A stretch of DNA of 64,000 bases from Phycisphaerae bacterium (GTDB lineage Bacteria > Planctomycetota > Phycisphaerae > JAJVII01): positions 64,920 through 128,919 of the forward strand of contig JAJVII010000008.1 in assembly GCA_022072085.1 (NCBI GenBank), given 5' to 3'. The notes beneath the pieces were generated by a model. The model was not told where the DNA came from. It made no database searches and saw only the letters and a list, made by a program, of their open reading frames with translations. Below are positions 62,385 through 64,000 of this stretch, in pieces. Position 1 is the stretch's first letter. Each line of letters begins with the position of its first letter. Both the position numbers and the translations under genes were made by a program.

Positions 62385-64000
62385 TCAACCGCCGCCGCGG
62401 GACTGGGCGTCGACGCGGCGCATCTCCTGCCACAGCGGTTGCGGCGTCGCCCCTTCGTTGCGGAGCAGTTCGCGTGCACGGGCGAGGTTGCCCTTGCTCA
62501 CCTCCAGTTCCGCCAATCCCAGATCAACCACCGCCTGCACGATCTCCGGACGCGGATCGGTGACCTTGAACTCGACGACCAGCCGGTTGAAGGTCGCCGC
62601 AGCCAGCGCCGTGTCCTTCGCGTTGTCGTAACGCCGCGCCCAGGCGGTGTAGTCCACGCCGGCCTTGGCCCGGATCAGCAGGCCGCCGGCCGTCTCGCTC
62701 GGGATGGGCGGATAGGCGTTCGCGTCGCCGCCGCCGGGCAGGCCACCGGCCGGCAGGGCCCCCTCCAGCAGCTCGCGCGGCTGGCGCGACAGCCAGGCAA
62801 CGTTGACCTTAAACAACTCCTGCGCCTGGGCAACGCGGTTTTGGGCGAACAGCAGGCCGCCCGCGCGGTTGCGCAGCACGACGGTCAGCGCCGCGTCAGC
62901 CGGGGTGACGGGGAGCAACTCCGATCCGCCCTGCCCCGTCAGGTCCCGCCCGCGCAGCAGGTTGCGGGCATGCTCCAGCGCCAGCGCCGTGCTGAAGGCC
63001 GCCTGGGCCGCGTCAGACCGGTTCTCCTTCGACTCGATCACGCCCAGGTACGCCGACGTGCGCGGGTCGGCGGGGTCAGCCGATCGGGCCTTGGCCAGCG
63101 CCTCGCGGGCGGGCTTGAACTGCCCGGCGTCGATCGCCTCCCGCGCGACGACCAGCCAGGGACCAGCCGTCGTCTGCACTGACCCATAGGCCCCCTCGCA
63201 CGCAGCCGCCCAATCGGCCGGCTGTTTGAGCGCCAGGCAGATCAGCGCCAGCTGCTCCCACGCTTCCCGGAACTTCGGGTCGAGCTTGACGGCCAGCCGC
63301 AGGTCCGCCTGGGCCTGGGTGAAGTCGCGGGCGGCGCTGTCGAGCATCCCCTGGTAGAACGCCCCGCGGGCCGAGCCCGCTGACAGTTTCAGCGCGGCCG
63401 TCATGTCCTGCGTCGCCTGCCGGTGGCACTCGTCGGCCTCGCGTTCCAACTCGGCCGCCCGGGCCAGGTCGGCCTGGCTGGGGTAGACGGTCGTGGTCGT
63501 CGTCGAGCCGTCGGCGTTCCGCACGGTCGTGATCTGCGGCATCTGAAGCGCCGCCGCCGCCAGCCGATCGCCCCGGGCAATGCCGTCCAGCGCGATCGAC
63601 CGGTCGTGCAGCAGGTCCGCGTCGTCGGGTTTGCTCGCCAGCGCCAGGTCCAGCGCCTTGCGGGCCGACCCGTAGTCGTTCCGCCAGTTGAGCAACCTGC
63701 CCCGCACGGCCAGCGACCGCAGGTGGCGGGGACTGGCCGCCATCGCACGATCGAGCAACTCAGCCGCGGCCGCCACCTCGCGGGTCGTGCGGCCGTTGGG
63801 CAGCGCCGGCATCAGTTCGCCGTGCGGGCCCAGCCGCGGCACGGACTGCGGGACGTAGCGATAGTAGACGGGCCAACTGCCCGGCTCGACCTGTTCGCGC
63901 GGGCAGAGCGACTCGGCGAACAGGAACTCAGCCAGATCAGCCAGCCGGTCGGGGTTGTTCGGGTCCGCCGCCAGCGCCGACTCCAGCGCGCGGATGCGGT
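62385..64000 (-). CDS. TPR-repeat protein (5' end outside the window)
   Basis: Frame stays open from 63842 to the window end; multiple TPR units (ALAADPNNPD, AVKLDPKFREAW, ARSADPADPR). Confidence 0.8.
   Translation of the reverse strand, partial: RIRALESALAADPNNPDRLADLAEFLFAESLCPREQVEPGSWPVYYRYVPQSVPRLGPHGELMPALPNGRTTREVAAAAELLDRAMAASPRHLRSLAVRGRLLNWRNDYGSARKALDLALASKPDDADLLHDRSIALDGIARGDRLAAAALQMPQITTVRNADGSTTTTTVYPSQADLARAAELEREADECHRQATQDMTAALKLSAGSARGAFYQGMLDSAARDFTQAQADLRLAVKLDPKFREAWEQLALICLALKQPADWAAACEGAYGSVQTTAGPWLVVAREAIDAGQFKPAREALAKARSADPADPRTSAYLGVIESKENRSDAAQAAFSTALALEHARNLLRGRDLTGQGGSELLPVTPADAALTVVLRNRAGGLLFAQNRVAQAQELFKVNVAWLSRQPRELLEGALPAGGLPGGGDANAYPPIPSETAGGLLIRAKAGVDYTAWARRYDNAKDTALAAATFNRLVVEFKVTDPRPEIVQAVVDLGLAELEVSKGNLARARELLRNEGATPQPLWQEMRRVDAQSRGGG

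Noticed and set aside
1..64000. CRISPR array, prophage, transposase or anti-phage defence genes
   Set aside because: No regularly spaced repeat-spacer array and no cas, phage, DDE/HUH or recognisable defence motifs were seen.

Overview
High-GC bacterial window. Gene content points to Planctomycetota, probably Phycisphaerae-like; this is an inference from the N-extended GreA, dnaX-recR-rpoN order, PEP-CTERM gene and HEAT/TPR proteins. Core segments at about 1.8-9.8 kb (cyclophilin, GreA, large Alu-type SRP RNA, dnaX, recR, rpoN) and 38-64 kb (tRNA-Val, mutL, rsmB, fmt, rpsT, folD, nadD, arfB, sodC) flank a roughly 28-kb accessory block. That block holds an ECF sigma/anti-sigma pair with a DUF1566 protein, a large HEAT/propeller/FN3 secreted protein, a Cus-type Cu/Ag RND efflux operon and a GntR/LacI regulator. 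It also holds a sigma54-driven PEP-CTERM gene followed by three uncharacterised secreted beta-propeller proteins. The most notable sequence-level signals are these. dnaX carries an A10 slippage run with stops in both shifted frames. A collapsed tandem PEP-CTERM locus has two sigma54 promoters and a frameshifted 5' gene remnant. A Cys-rich RAGP-containing leader ORF heads the cus operon, and CusA carries a His/Cys periplasmic insert. No CRISPR array, integrase or transposase was seen. All family calls come from motif recognition by eye, not database searches.
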